NCBI GenBank assembly: GCA_025603075.1
Contig: MU626275.1
Span: 62,001 to 126,000, forward strand
Length of the DNA: 64,000 nt
Direction: 5' to 3'
DNA from: Neoconidiobolus thromboides FSU 785
Lineage: Eukaryota > Fungi > Entomophthoromycota
The notes under the pieces are model-generated. The model saw nothing but the letters and a program-made list of their open reading frames with translations, searched no databases and was not told where the DNA came from. This document shows positions 47,561 to 58,147 of the stretch, piece by piece. The stretch's first letter is position 1; every line of letters starts with the position of its first letter. The translations under genes and the position numbers were made by a program.

Positions 47561-48350
47561 ATGTTAAGATTTTGGAAATTTAATAGTTTTAAACCAATGA
47601 TTTTAATAGACTTTTTATAGACTTATAATTTTCTTAAAATTATGAAAAAAACTAAGCAACATTGAACAATAAATTATAGTAGACTATCGGTTGTATTTCA
47701 GCTCAATATAGCAAATGTATGCATATAGATTAAGCCTATTGAATCCACTACTTATCATATAGCGTTGAGTTTATTTTTTGTATTTGTATTATATTTTCAA
47801 AATTTAATTCAAAAATTCTCAAATCATCAATCAGCCAATAATATTTAAAGTAATTTTCGAAATAGTATTTCTCCCACAACTTTAAAAATCTCCACACCTA
47901 CGGCAATCTATAAAAACAATTATGTACTCCTCGAATTCTTTAGTCCTTTCCTTTATTCAGTTTTCAAACGAATAGATCCCTCGCCTTTTACTAGAGATCT
48001 CCGTGGATGAAGGAACTTTAAAGGACTTTGCCAATCTTTGGAAACCCTTTGGGTATAATCCTAATAATAATTTAAAAATTCTAAAAAAGTAGCAAAGGTC
48101 TATTATTTGACGATGCTAATGTTCTCATATTAAAACATGAGGGAAAGTTGGCTTATCAGAATAGTATTACTTTGAAAGCATCCATTTTTAATTAGAAAGA
48201 TTCATGATTAACTTAACTTTTAATGAATAAAAGTTCGATTTTCCAATAGAGTATGTATTAAGTAAACAACTTTTAACAATTGCAGGATTTGATGAAAAGG
48301 ACTAATGAATTAAGACAAAAATTGAGATGTTAATTTGTATTCTAGTAAAT

Positions 48351-48448
48351 GGGGATGTATTTTTATGTTTAAGAATTTTACTAACAAATTTTCCACTTAA
48401 ATAGCGCTTAAAAAATGGAAAAAATAATGAAGTCAAAAAAACACTCCC
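48351..48448 (+). mobile_element. MITE copy M20
   Basis: GGGGATGT...ACACTCCC, AAAT/AAAT flanks. Confidence 0.9.
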
Positions 48449-48587
48449 AAATGTTTTTATTTTAAAAGCTATTATAAAATAGTTGATTAACTTCAAAGTA
48501 AAATAATTTGAATATAAGTACATCAAGGTTTAGATTATTATGAATCACATTTCATCATAAGTTATAAAAACGGTATAAGAAATACAT

Positions 48588-48685
48588 GGGAGTGTTTTTT
48601 TTGACTTCATTATTTTTTCCATTTTTAAGCGCTATTTAAGCGGAAAGTTTGTTAGTAAAACTTTTAAACAAAAAAATACAGCCCC
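48588..48685 (-). mobile_element. MITE copy M21
   Basis: GGGAGTGT...ACAGCCCC, ACAT/ACAT flanks. Confidence 0.9.
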
Positions 48686-48812
48686 ACATGGTCATTTTCA
48701 AGAGATGCTTTCTATCAAAAAAACCCTCAATTTTTTGTAATATCATTTATTAAAATAAATACTAGGCTTAAAAAATATTGTATTTTATTTTGCATTCAGA
48801 AGTGTCGATCAA

Positions 48813-49892
48813 TTAAATTCCCTTACTATGAGAAAATCTATTATTTAAATTACCAGAACCTTTGACGATTTCAGCTTGGCGTTTTGGATCTAATCCATTT
48901 ACAGCCATATCTTTTTCACGATCGAATTTTCTATTTCTAGGATCATCATCAACTATACCTTTTTTGTTTTGAGATGATTGATGCATTTCTAACAATGAAG
49001 CTTGTTTCTCCTCTCTAAATTTTACTTTTAAAGCCTTTTTCTCTTCTTCTAGATATGGATTAGCATTGATTGGTTTACTTTTAGCTTTGATAACTCCATG
49101 TTTAAGCCTTTCTTCTCTTTCCTGTGGTGTTTCTGTCCATAAGCTATTATCCAACTCTTGGTTTTCTACTTCCCGAGTTCTAAATTGCCTTGCTTTTAAC
49201 TTTAATGGATTCCCAATAAGCTTTGATTCAGGCGGTACTGTCATCCATTCGCCACGCTTTAAAGTTTCTTGTTCCTAAATCGTAGTTTTAATAATAACCA
49301 AAATAAAGTTAAATACCTACCTTTTGTGGTCGTGCTCTTGCTTCAACCTCTCTAGCTATTCTCGAAAGATTATCATTCTATTTATTATCAGTATATTTTG
49401 TTAGCAATACTTATTTTACTAACCTCGTTGTGATCTGGATCTACAGGCATTGGTCCTATTACACCATCGTCCGACTCTTCTTTTTCTGAATCTTGATCAT
49501 TTGGTTCCTCTATCACTGTTCTTTCTAAATTAGATATTGGATATAAATAATAGATAATAAATAATAGATAAACAAAGCTATACTTTCTACATGAGGCATT
49601 TGAGGCCCTATTGATACACTATGTCTTACTTTAGTTACCTTTTGACCTTTTTCTTCTTTTTGCTTATCCTCTATTAGTTATTTCAATATTTAAATCTACT
49701 TTTTAAATCATGTTTGGATTAGAAATTACTTTTAAATTGTGAAGGTAATTGAGGCCCTATGCTTGACTTGTTTTTGTTTTTTGAATTGTCTTGATGAGAG
49801 GGTGAGTTATCTGTGTTTTTTTCTTTCTCATCATTTCCATCTTCACTTTGTCTTCTTCTCTTTAAATGGGGTGGTAATGTTGGTCCAATCAT
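48813..49892 (-). CDS. GPALPP-motif / DUF3752 family protein, multi-exon
   Basis: MIGPTLPPHL, IGPQLP, IGPQMP, IGPMP repeats; GEWMTVPP, SLWTETPQER, SLLEMHQ, FDREKDM. Confidence 0.8.
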
Positions 49893-50191
49893 TATAAAAA
49901 AGAAGTAAAAATATTTTTTTGAAGCATTTATTTTGTTTTAGTGTGTTTTAAAGCAAGCATATAATAAAGGAAATATTTCACTAAAATTTTACAAATGATT
50001 TAAATAAAAATAAATTATCTGATTATTTGATTTTTATATAGCTTTTATTTTACGATATATATGTAGTTTATGATCTAGTTATAAATTTAATAGTATTCTA
50101 TTTTTTTGAAAGTTTAAGATAACAACTAGGTAATTTAATTACAAAATCTACTAAAAACTAAATATTCCTTTTATTTTGATTAGTACTGTTA

Positions 50192-50833
50192 TTATACGCA
50201 TTCAGTAGATATATCAACAGTATCGGACGGACAGGGTTCTCCAACCCTATTATAAAAGCAAGACCATTCCCCCAAAAAGAAGCTAGGGTCTCTCCAGCAA
50301 TTTGGTGCAAACTTTTCGGCCACAATAAACGTTTTTCCAAAATAAATACAAGCATGGATTTTGGGCTGACAATCTTTAATTCTCCTATATCCATTATTGG
50401 AGCCATACTGACACTGTTGGATATCAACACCACCCTCATTTTGACATTGTAAACTCTTTCTACATTGCCATTTCAACTCAACATCCTTTCTTAAAAATAG
50501 ATCTGGGTTTGTTTTAGGTTCAGTGGGTGGAATCCAACAATTAGGTCCTTCACTACCTAACGACGTCATGGCTTCATATTTTTTACCATCAAAATCACAG
50601 TGTTGTGTTGCTGGAGGACAAGGTAAAGTATCGTAAATGTTTTTTACATGTAACCCATTTCTCCTTCTTAATTCTAACTGCATTAAAGCAAACATATTTA
50701 GTGGTTCAATGGGCTTAGGAGATTCTATTGTCGTTGTATCGTTTGCTTTTTTATACTCATTTTTATTATGTTTTTTCGAGTTAATAACTGTAAGTTGTAG
50801 AACAAAAATTAAAATTAATTTATTAAATATCAT
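50192..50833 (-). CDS. Secreted cysteine-rich protein with two 6-Cys modules, 213 aa
   Basis: Signal peptide MIFNKLILIFVLQLTVINS, RRR site, 12 Cys in two aligned repeats; intronless. Confidence 0.75.
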   Translation of the reverse strand: MIFNKLILIFVLQLTVINSKKHNKNEYKKANDTTTIESPKPIEPLNMFALMQLELRRRNGLHVKNIYDTLPCPPATQHCDFDGKKYEAMTSLGSEGPNCWIPPTEPKTNPDLFLRKDVELKWQCRKSLQCQNEGGVDIQQCQYGSNNGYRRIKDCQPKIHACIYFGKTFIVAEKFAPNCWRDPSFFLGEWSCFYNRVGEPCPSDTVDISTECV

Positions 50834-51225
50834 TGTAAGTTGAATAAAAAATATTCTATATGACTTTAAATAAAATTTGAGTTTTATTTAATGAGAATTT
50901 AATTCCTCCTTAAATTAAACTGATCTTCAATTTTGGACTTTGAAATTTATTTCTCTATCAACTAAAACTTTAGAATTGTTTTGTATATTCTGATCTTTCC
51001 TACAATAGAAGGAAAAGAGTGTATTAATGAACTTATTAAATTTGAAGCTTTTGATATTTGAATATTCAAATTAATTTATTTACTTGTTTATAAATAGATA
51101 AATCCTATATTATCAAAATATTCGAATTTTTCAATAAAATTGTAAATATTAATTTATCTTTAGTTTTCTTTCAATTATGTCTTAAAACCACTGTACTTAA
51201 TATTTACAATTGTCATTCACTATTT

Positions 51226-51318
51226 GGAGACATATTTTTTAAGAGTTTCAAACAATCTTTCCGCTCAGATAGCACTTAAAAAATGGAAAAAGTGATAAAA
51301 TCAAAAGGAAATATAACC
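51226..51318 (+). mobile_element. MITE copy M22 (diverged)
   Basis: Core CAATCTTTCCGCTCAGATAGCACTTAAAAAATGGAAAAAG; flanks ATTT/ATAT. Confidence 0.72.
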
Positions 51319-51793
51319 ATATGGTAGGATCAAAGTTAAGGTAAGGACAGGAGCGTTTACTTTTAATTAGTTAAAATAGATTAATCGATTTATATTCCTT
51401 TACTGCCTAAGGATTAGTCCTTTTTTAAAATAGATAAAAATTTGCAAACAAGTCCTTATTGTTCCTGACTACCACTGTTATGATTGAGATTTAAATATCT
51501 TTTTATACAGTATTGAAGCAGTAAACAGTGAAGTAAATCAAATAGAACAGGATGAAAATAGGTGTAAAATAAAGAAAAAGTTGTTATCTATTGATAATTC
51601 AATGCTTAAGATTAAAATGTTTGTTAATACAAATTAATGATCATACTACAATGATAATAAATTAAACTACTAAAAGTAAAAACAAAAGACTAACCCATTT
51701 TAATTTATTAAATTTGTATTCAAAACAACAGAATATTTAATATTATTTATTTCATTTATATTTTTTTGATTAACATAGAACTGTTTTATATTT

Positions 51794-53278
51794 TCAATTA
51801 ATCTTCTTCACACTATCTGTTATTAACAAAGTCTCCGGTTTAAAAATATTTCCTTTAAACATACAATTATTCTCACATGGAGTTATATAATTTCTTACAT
51901 GTTGAAAGTAATTGTTACAATGTTTAGCATCTCCAACTTTATTTTGAACTTTTAATATATTTTTAATAACATCTGAATTTTCACAATGTGGTAATTTATT
52001 CACCCCTACTTTTAATTCATTAAAAAACAATTCGATTGGGTTTAAGAATACAGAATATTCAGGTAAAATTAATATAAATGAATTGGAGTATCTAATGGCT
52101 TCTTTTAGTTCATTAGGGATAACATGAGGATTTGTGCTATTGAATACATACACAATTTGTTTATGTCTATTTTTGGAATATAAATCCATTATAAATTTAT
52201 TGAAATCCTCTTGATTATTGGTATTCGTTTTTTTCTTATCAATTATTTTAAATGTTTCAATTTGAAATTGAGATATAGCTCCAATATAATTAATACTTTT
52301 AGGTGTTGATTCTGGTGTTAATATAATTCTTTGTCCTTCAGATGCAAACTCACCTTGATTAACAGCATGACGATTGAAATAGATTTCATCAATGTAAATA
52401 AATTCACATGTCATTAATATTTTATATTCTTCAATATATTGTTTTCTTTTTAATATTATATCTTTATCATTCCATCTATTTCGAATTTGTATTTTTTGTT
52501 TATATGTAATATCCAAATTATTTTTAAGTCGACTTATTGTGGATTTAGATATATCAATTTGTTTTGTTAACAAGAAATCTCTTACTTGTAATAATGTAGT
52601 TTCATGATTTCTCGATATATAATCATAGATAAAATCATTTGTTTCTTCATTGACTTTTTTGTTATTCCCATTTTTTCTTAAATCATCAATACCAATATTA
52701 TTGGCTATCTTCTTTTTTTTCCTACAAATTCTTGTATGAAATGTATTATAACTTAAACCTAATATTTCAGCACCCGTTTTGATTGGTATTTTTCCATCTA
52801 AAACACCATTAATGATCATATCATCATTACTTTTTTTAATTAATTTATCTTCACTTGAACATTCTTTCTTTTTACGTTTTAATAATTTCACTTTTTTTGA
52901 ACCAAATAAACTATTGAATTCAACCATTTGTTTATTAATGTCAATTATCATTTTTTTTAATTTATTATATCTTTCTTTGAGTTCTGAATTGGCACTAATT
53001 AACTTTAATGTTTCTGTTTTGTTAAGAACATCTTTACTAATTTCGTCATATATCTTTAAATCTCCAATCTCTACTTTATTAAATACATAGAATTCATTAT
53101 TCATATTATTCTGCTCGTTACTTACATTATCATATTGGCTCCTTTCAAAAATATCATCATTCATTATAATTTGATTAATACTATTGATAGATATATTATT
53201 ACCTCCCATTATATATTTTGCAAAAGAAACAAAGAAATAAAGAATAAAATTGAAATTATTTTTATACATTTGAATCAA
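51794..53278 (-). CDS. IS630/Tc1-type (DDE_3) transposase-derived ORF, up to 494 aa, second catalytic Asp replaced by Asn
   Basis: Two HTH-like segments, FIYIDE, VYVFNSTNPH (canonical DNAxxH), LPEYSVFLNPIE; real start may be a downstream ATG; no TIRs recognised. Confidence 0.82.
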   Translation of the reverse strand: MIQMYKNNFNFILYFFVSFAKYIMGGNNISINSINQIIMNDDIFERSQYDNVSNEQNNMNNEFYVFNKVEIGDLKIYDEISKDVLNKTETLKLISANSELKERYNKLKKMIIDINKQMVEFNSLFGSKKVKLLKRKKKECSSEDKLIKKSNDDMIINGVLDGKIPIKTGAEILGLSYNTFHTRICRKKKKIANNIGIDDLRKNGNNKKVNEETNDFIYDYISRNHETTLLQVRDFLLTKQIDISKSTISRLKNNLDITYKQKIQIRNRWNDKDIILKRKQYIEEYKILMTCEFIYIDEIYFNRHAVNQGEFASEGQRIILTPESTPKSINYIGAISQFQIETFKIIDKKKTNTNNQEDFNKFIMDLYSKNRHKQIVYVFNSTNPHVIPNELKEAIRYSNSFILILPEYSVFLNPIELFFNELKVGVNKLPHCENSDVIKNILKVQNKVGDAKHCNNYFQHVRNYITPCENNCMFKGNIFKPETLLITDSVKKIN

Positions 53279-53417
53279 TAAAAGTATTAAATTAGGTTAC
53301 GCAATCATTGCATTTAAATGAAACGAATCAGTAATTAAAATTATCATTTACATTTACTAAAAAATACTAAATTCATGAAATTATTATAGGTTTAAATAAA
53401 ACAAAAACTATTAATAT

Positions 53418-53514
53418 GGGGCTGTTTTTTGGTTTCATAACTTTTTCTATTTTTCAAGCTCTATTTGAGCAGAGAGATTGTTAGTAAAACTATTAAGCAA
53501 AAAAATACATCCCC
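53418..53514 (-). mobile_element. MITE copy M23
   Basis: GGGGCTGT...ACATCCCC, ATAT/ATAT flanks. Confidence 0.88.
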
Positions 53515-53721
53515 ATATCGACTTATAAAAAAATATTTTTTTGCTTTATTGTATTAAAATAATATTTTAAATTTTAAATTTTAGATGCTATATATAAAGT
53601 TGTACTGGTTTATGATAATTAGATCAAATTTTAAAAACAATATTATACATCTCTTTTATAAAGATGAAGTTAATAAAAATATAAAATTGAATTGATAAAT
53701 TCTTTTATACCAATTTTAAAT

Positions 53722-53809
53722 GGAGATGTCTTTTTAAAGATTTTACTGACAATCTTCCACTCAAATAGTGCTTAAAAATGGAAAAAGTAATAAAACTAAA
53801 AACATCCCC
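53722..53809 (+). mobile_element. MITE copy M24 (short)
   Basis: GGAGATGT...ACATCCCC, AAAT/AAAT flanks. Confidence 0.85.
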
Positions 53810-54034
53810 AAATATCATAAATAGAAAGTTGATTATTAGAAATATTAAAAATAGTATTGTAACAAAATATTTTACTATTTTGATTGTTTGGTATTACTAT
53901 TTTATATTACTATTAAATACATAATTTAAAATTTAAAAATTGTAAGTTATATAAACAAATAATAAACAAATAGTGACTTAATGTTATTAAATATAGTTAA
54001 ATATAGTTAAAATAAATATATTCAAATTCCATAT

Positions 54035-54133
54035 GAGAATGTATCTTTGTATTTAAGGATTTTACTAACAAATTTTGCAGTCAAATAGTGCTTAAAAGAT
54101 GGAAAAAGTAATGAAGCCAAAAAAAACATCCCC
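54035..54133 (+). mobile_element. MITE copy M25
   Basis: GAGAATGT...ACATCCCC, ATAT/ATAT flanks. Confidence 0.88.
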
Positions 54134-54960
54134 ATATTTTCAACTTATTTTTTATTTTTTTACTAATATAAATTTAATGCTTAAAGTTAAAACCTTAAAC
54201 TAATAAACTAGATATAAATTAGTAAGTTTTGGCCTATATAACTAAGATAAACTTAAATCATAAAAAATAACTTAGAAAAAGAATTGTTATATCAAAAAGT
54301 TTTTATAGTTTGCATTGGGGTGTCATGCATAAAAAGTGTATTTAATTCATTAGTGCAATTATCTGAATTTAATTAAATCTATCATATAAATTATGATTAA
54401 ATTGGTTATAAAAGTATAGCTACTATTATGATTATAAAGCTAATAGAGCAATATTTCATATTAATAAGCATCGTTTTAGAAAATTAACTTAAGCCAGTAT
54501 TAAAAGTAGAAAAATAAAAGGTAGTTGTATAAATTTAAGCTTCTAATATAATAAAATCTAAGTCTTTAGCTACTACTAGAGCTTTTTATAGATGATATCA
54601 TAAATAAATATTTTATAATGTTAAGTTATAAACATAGGTGATATTAAACAATAATTTTTTTATTTTTATAAACCTTTTAAAAACCACCCTAAAATAATAT
54701 TTGAGGGATACTTTATTAGTTTCTTTTTTTTGAAGTCATGTGTTGAAAGTTGGTAGAGTACTAATTTAAATAAAATTGTTCCAAATGGGTCGGTTTGGAA
54801 TAGTACTTATTAATTGATTATAATATTAAAACTTAATTCTTTTTTTAAGTTTGCTCATAATAAAAACATTATTGTTTAACTAATAATAAGTTCATAATAA
54901 AGGTATCATTTAGTAGTGTAATTCGATTTTAAATATAATTTAATGGTAATAATATTAGGA

Positions 54961-56445
54961 CTACTTTTTAAAGTAACCTTTGGTTAAAAAATAAACAAAC
55001 GAAAGTGTACTTAATAAGAGAACACTACAACCCTTTCTAAAATGGGATTTGCGAGCGGATAATACCTCTGAATAAGGAATTGAAGTTTGAGAAAGTAAAT
55101 GCATAACATTAGGTTGAATGATACCGAAAGGCAATAATCGAACTAAAATATTACGAATAATATCAAATACCATTCGAATTTCGAATGTTCTTGTATGACG
55201 TTCAAGGACATATTGTTGTGATATAATTTGGATAGCTTCGGTTTCTTGTTTTCTTTGTTTAGTAAACATAGCTGGTGCCTTGGTCCAATCGTCCTTAGTT
55301 TGGTCTAATATTTGATTTAATTCGAAAACATCTTCAAAACCACAATTGATCCCTTGGCCAACAGTTGGTACCATAGTGTGAGCAGCATCACCAATTATCA
55401 TAGCAGAAGAGGTAGGATGATGAAATTGAGAATAATAAATCGTTTCAAATCCATGTTTAGGAACGGTCAATTGTTCGGCTGATTCCTTGGTTTTGTAGGA
55501 ATCTAAATTTTTCACACCGAATCGCTTTGCAAAATTTTGATACATTACCTCTCCAATATTGGGAAAATTAGCGATAAAAAAGCGATATAAATCATTACTA
55601 TCTTTCATTGTGTGACAGCATTGATATAAATCACTTTGTTTTTGTTTTTGTTTTTGTTTTTCAAGTTGGCACCATGGATTAAGTGCAAATCCAAAAGAAT
55701 CATGATTTGGTAAAATAATAATGTTACCATTGTTAGATCTTGGTTGTACGGTATACATACAATCTTTTTCAAATGATAACCCATGCTCAGTAAAATCAGA
55801 ATGTGAGATGTTTACTGAAATATATGGCTCAACCTCGGATGTACACTGATACTTAATTTCTGGGCATTGATCCCTTAATGCTTTACCAACCCCAGAGCGA
55901 GCACCATCACAACCAATAAGTATATTAAATTCAACTGCTTGATTCTTTCCATTCTCTTCATTAGCATTGTTATCTAAAAAATGAACTATTTTATTTTCAA
56001 AATCAACATCAATCACTTTTTTTAAATATTCTATTTGAATTTGGTCTTTATAATTTTGTTCAATATAATCTAACAATACAACTACTACATCACTCCTTTG
56101 AATGGACAATCTTTCTCCACGTATGACTGCCTTCATACCCTTACCAAGATCATCTACTCTAATACAATTGATGATTTTTTTGATAATTATACCAGAGTTT
56201 ATTACCTTATCCTTTAATGTTGAAATTTGAGCAAGTGCATTCAACCCTCTATGGCTCAATGTCAAATTGTAATTATGGCTATCTTCTTTTTGGTATCGGA
56301 TATTTTCAATGGCTCTTTTCTCATACACTTTTATTTGAGGGTATAGCTTGTTTCCGTTGGAGTCTTTGCGTTTTGCTAAATAAATTGCAGTTAATAATCC
56401 TACTGGACCAGCTCCAATAATCACTGTTTTTTCGTTAATTGACAT
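54961..56445 (-). CDS. FAD-dependent monooxygenase, kynurenine 3-monooxygenase-like, 494 aa
   Basis: GAGPVG Rossmann motif, YNLTLSHRGLNAL, LIGCDGARS, IIGDAAHTMVPTVGQGINCGFED; C-terminal hydrophobic tail; intronless. Confidence 0.82.
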   Translation of the reverse strand: MSINEKTVIIGAGPVGLLTAIYLAKRKDSNGNKLYPQIKVYEKRAIENIRYQKEDSHNYNLTLSHRGLNALAQISTLKDKVINSGIIIKKIINCIRVDDLGKGMKAVIRGERLSIQRSDVVVVLLDYIEQNYKDQIQIEYLKKVIDVDFENKIVHFLDNNANEENGKNQAVEFNILIGCDGARSGVGKALRDQCPEIKYQCTSEVEPYISVNISHSDFTEHGLSFEKDCMYTVQPRSNNGNIIILPNHDSFGFALNPWCQLEKQKQKQKQSDLYQCCHTMKDSNDLYRFFIANFPNIGEVMYQNFAKRFGVKNLDSYKTKESAEQLTVPKHGFETIYYSQFHHPTSSAMIIGDAAHTMVPTVGQGINCGFEDVFELNQILDQTKDDWTKAPAMFTKQRKQETEAIQIISQQYVLERHTRTFEIRMVFDIIRNILVRLLPFGIIQPNVMHLLSQTSIPYSEVLSARKSHFRKGCSVLLLSTLSFVYFLTKGYFKK

Positions 56446-56714
56446 ATTGTTATTGCTTCTCTCGTCTTTATTTTTTGGTTTTGTTACTTTAATTTATATA
56501 TATAAATTGGAATTTTATCTTTAACGTTTTCTATCTGATTTTATGCTTTTTAAAATGATTTGTTAATATGGAGAGAACACGTAACCAATTGATATCAAAC
56601 TAAATAACTATAAATGTCAATTTACAAAATAAACCTGTTGTAGTCTACAGTATTTGCCCAAATTTCAGGAATGTTTGTAATGAGCTAGCAAACAGATTTA
56701 TTAAATAAATATAT

Positions 56715-56813
56715 GGGGATGTATTTTTGTGTTTAAGAATTTTACTAACAAATTTTCCGCTTGAATAGCGCTTAAAAGGTGGAAAAAGTAATGAAATCAA
56801 AAAAATCATCCTC
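56715..56813 (+). mobile_element. MITE copy M26
   Basis: GGGGATGT...TCATCCTC, ATAT/ATAT flanks. Confidence 0.88.
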
Positions 56814-58147
56814 ATATCTTAATTGCTAATAAATCAAAAAGTTAATATTGTGTATCACTTTAAAATCATACACTTATTGTCATTTGCTATGTATTAAACT
56901 TGTAACAGATTGTAACATGTTATATACATTTAAAAGTGTTTTAAATATGTAATTTTACTAAGTTAGCTTCAAATCCCTTATCAATTTCAAAGATCTTGCT
57001 CATCTCCCCAAACTCCCAAACTCGGTTTAATCTTTTTCCTTGTTATAGAAGCAATTGAATATTTAAGATTTGTAACTAAGGTGCTCTTTATTAACTTTCA
57101 AACTTAGATGACTGCCCAATTAAAATACAATCTAAAAGATATTTATTTTTTTAACAATTTTAATGCTATGGCTCTATTTAAAATAAGTAAAACTATTTAC
57201 TGATCATCTCTTATTGAAACACTCTCATTTATTTGGAGTAGAGTTATATAAGGTTAAAATATTTACAAACAGTGAATGGTAGTGGTCAAAAATAGTAGGA
57301 ACCTTTTTACAAATTTTTATTCCTTTTGATAAAGAATTAATTTTTAACATTAAGTGAACAGAAGCTGATTAATTCATTAACTAATTAAAAGTTAAATCCT
57401 ATCCTAACCTCCCTAATTCTAATTCAACCCTAATATTTACTGTATACAGGTTATTTTTCTAAGCTTTTAATCTATTTGATTGTTTTTGATTACCATTTTT
57501 TTTAACTATAGAGTAATAAAAATCTGCAAAAGATTTTTACTGTCCTTAAGCATCACCTTACTTTATTCACATTTAATGAAGCAAGTAATAATAAAATACT
57601 TCTTTTGCATCTAAACGCAATGCATGATGACATTAATCAATTATTTTAATTTATTAGTCTATTAATAATCTTTTAAATCGTTATTTTGGTATATTTGATA
57701 AATCCTTGTTAATTTATCACATAATCAAAAATGATGGATTATTAAGAATTTAACCTACATAATTTAAAAAATACCTTCGCTTTTTATGTCTTTATTTGAA
57801 ACTACATTTTGGCCTTTAGAAATGATACTTCGCAGTATTGGCTATCTTGTAGTTTATAATCAATATTGATAGCCAACCATAAAGTTATGATCGAAACAGT
57901 CACCGTATCGTCAAGAAAATTGATCATAGCTAGGGGTACCATAGAAAAGAAGTAGAAATCAAGAAAACAAACAAAGAAATAATATAAACAATATCGTCCG
58001 TAAACACCTATAAATCCCCCCAAAACAACTTAACATTATCCAATAAATTAAAATTTCAAATCCATAGACTAAGTAAATTTTCAACCTCAATAATAAAAAG
58101 TATACAAAGTTTATTTATAAGAGCCATCAACCAACCCCATTTATTCA

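Noticed and set aside
47880-48060. Higher-GC patch translating to ...KDFANLWKPFGY, reminiscent of a LINE ORF2 C-terminus
   Set aside because: Too short and stop-interrupted to support
28993-48526. Short ORFs 28993..29190, 37105..37383 and 48302..48526
   Set aside because: Their similar segments are translations of MITE copies M10, M16 and M20
51226-53514. M22 + transposase + M23 as a composite transposon, or the IS630/Tc1 ORF as the MITE mobiliser
   Set aside because: Outer flanks differ (ATTT vs ATAT), the two MITEs belong to different subfamilies, and IS630/Tc1 makes TA rather than 4-bp AWWT duplications
2269-56813. ~98-bp repeat as a CRISPR array or REP-like system
   Set aside because: Dispersed in both orientations, no regular spacers, has TIRs and TSDs, eukaryotic context, no cas genes
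57802-58023. 73-aa hydrophobic ORF
   Set aside because: Starts at TTG, no homology recognised, immediately downstream of the surface-protein gene
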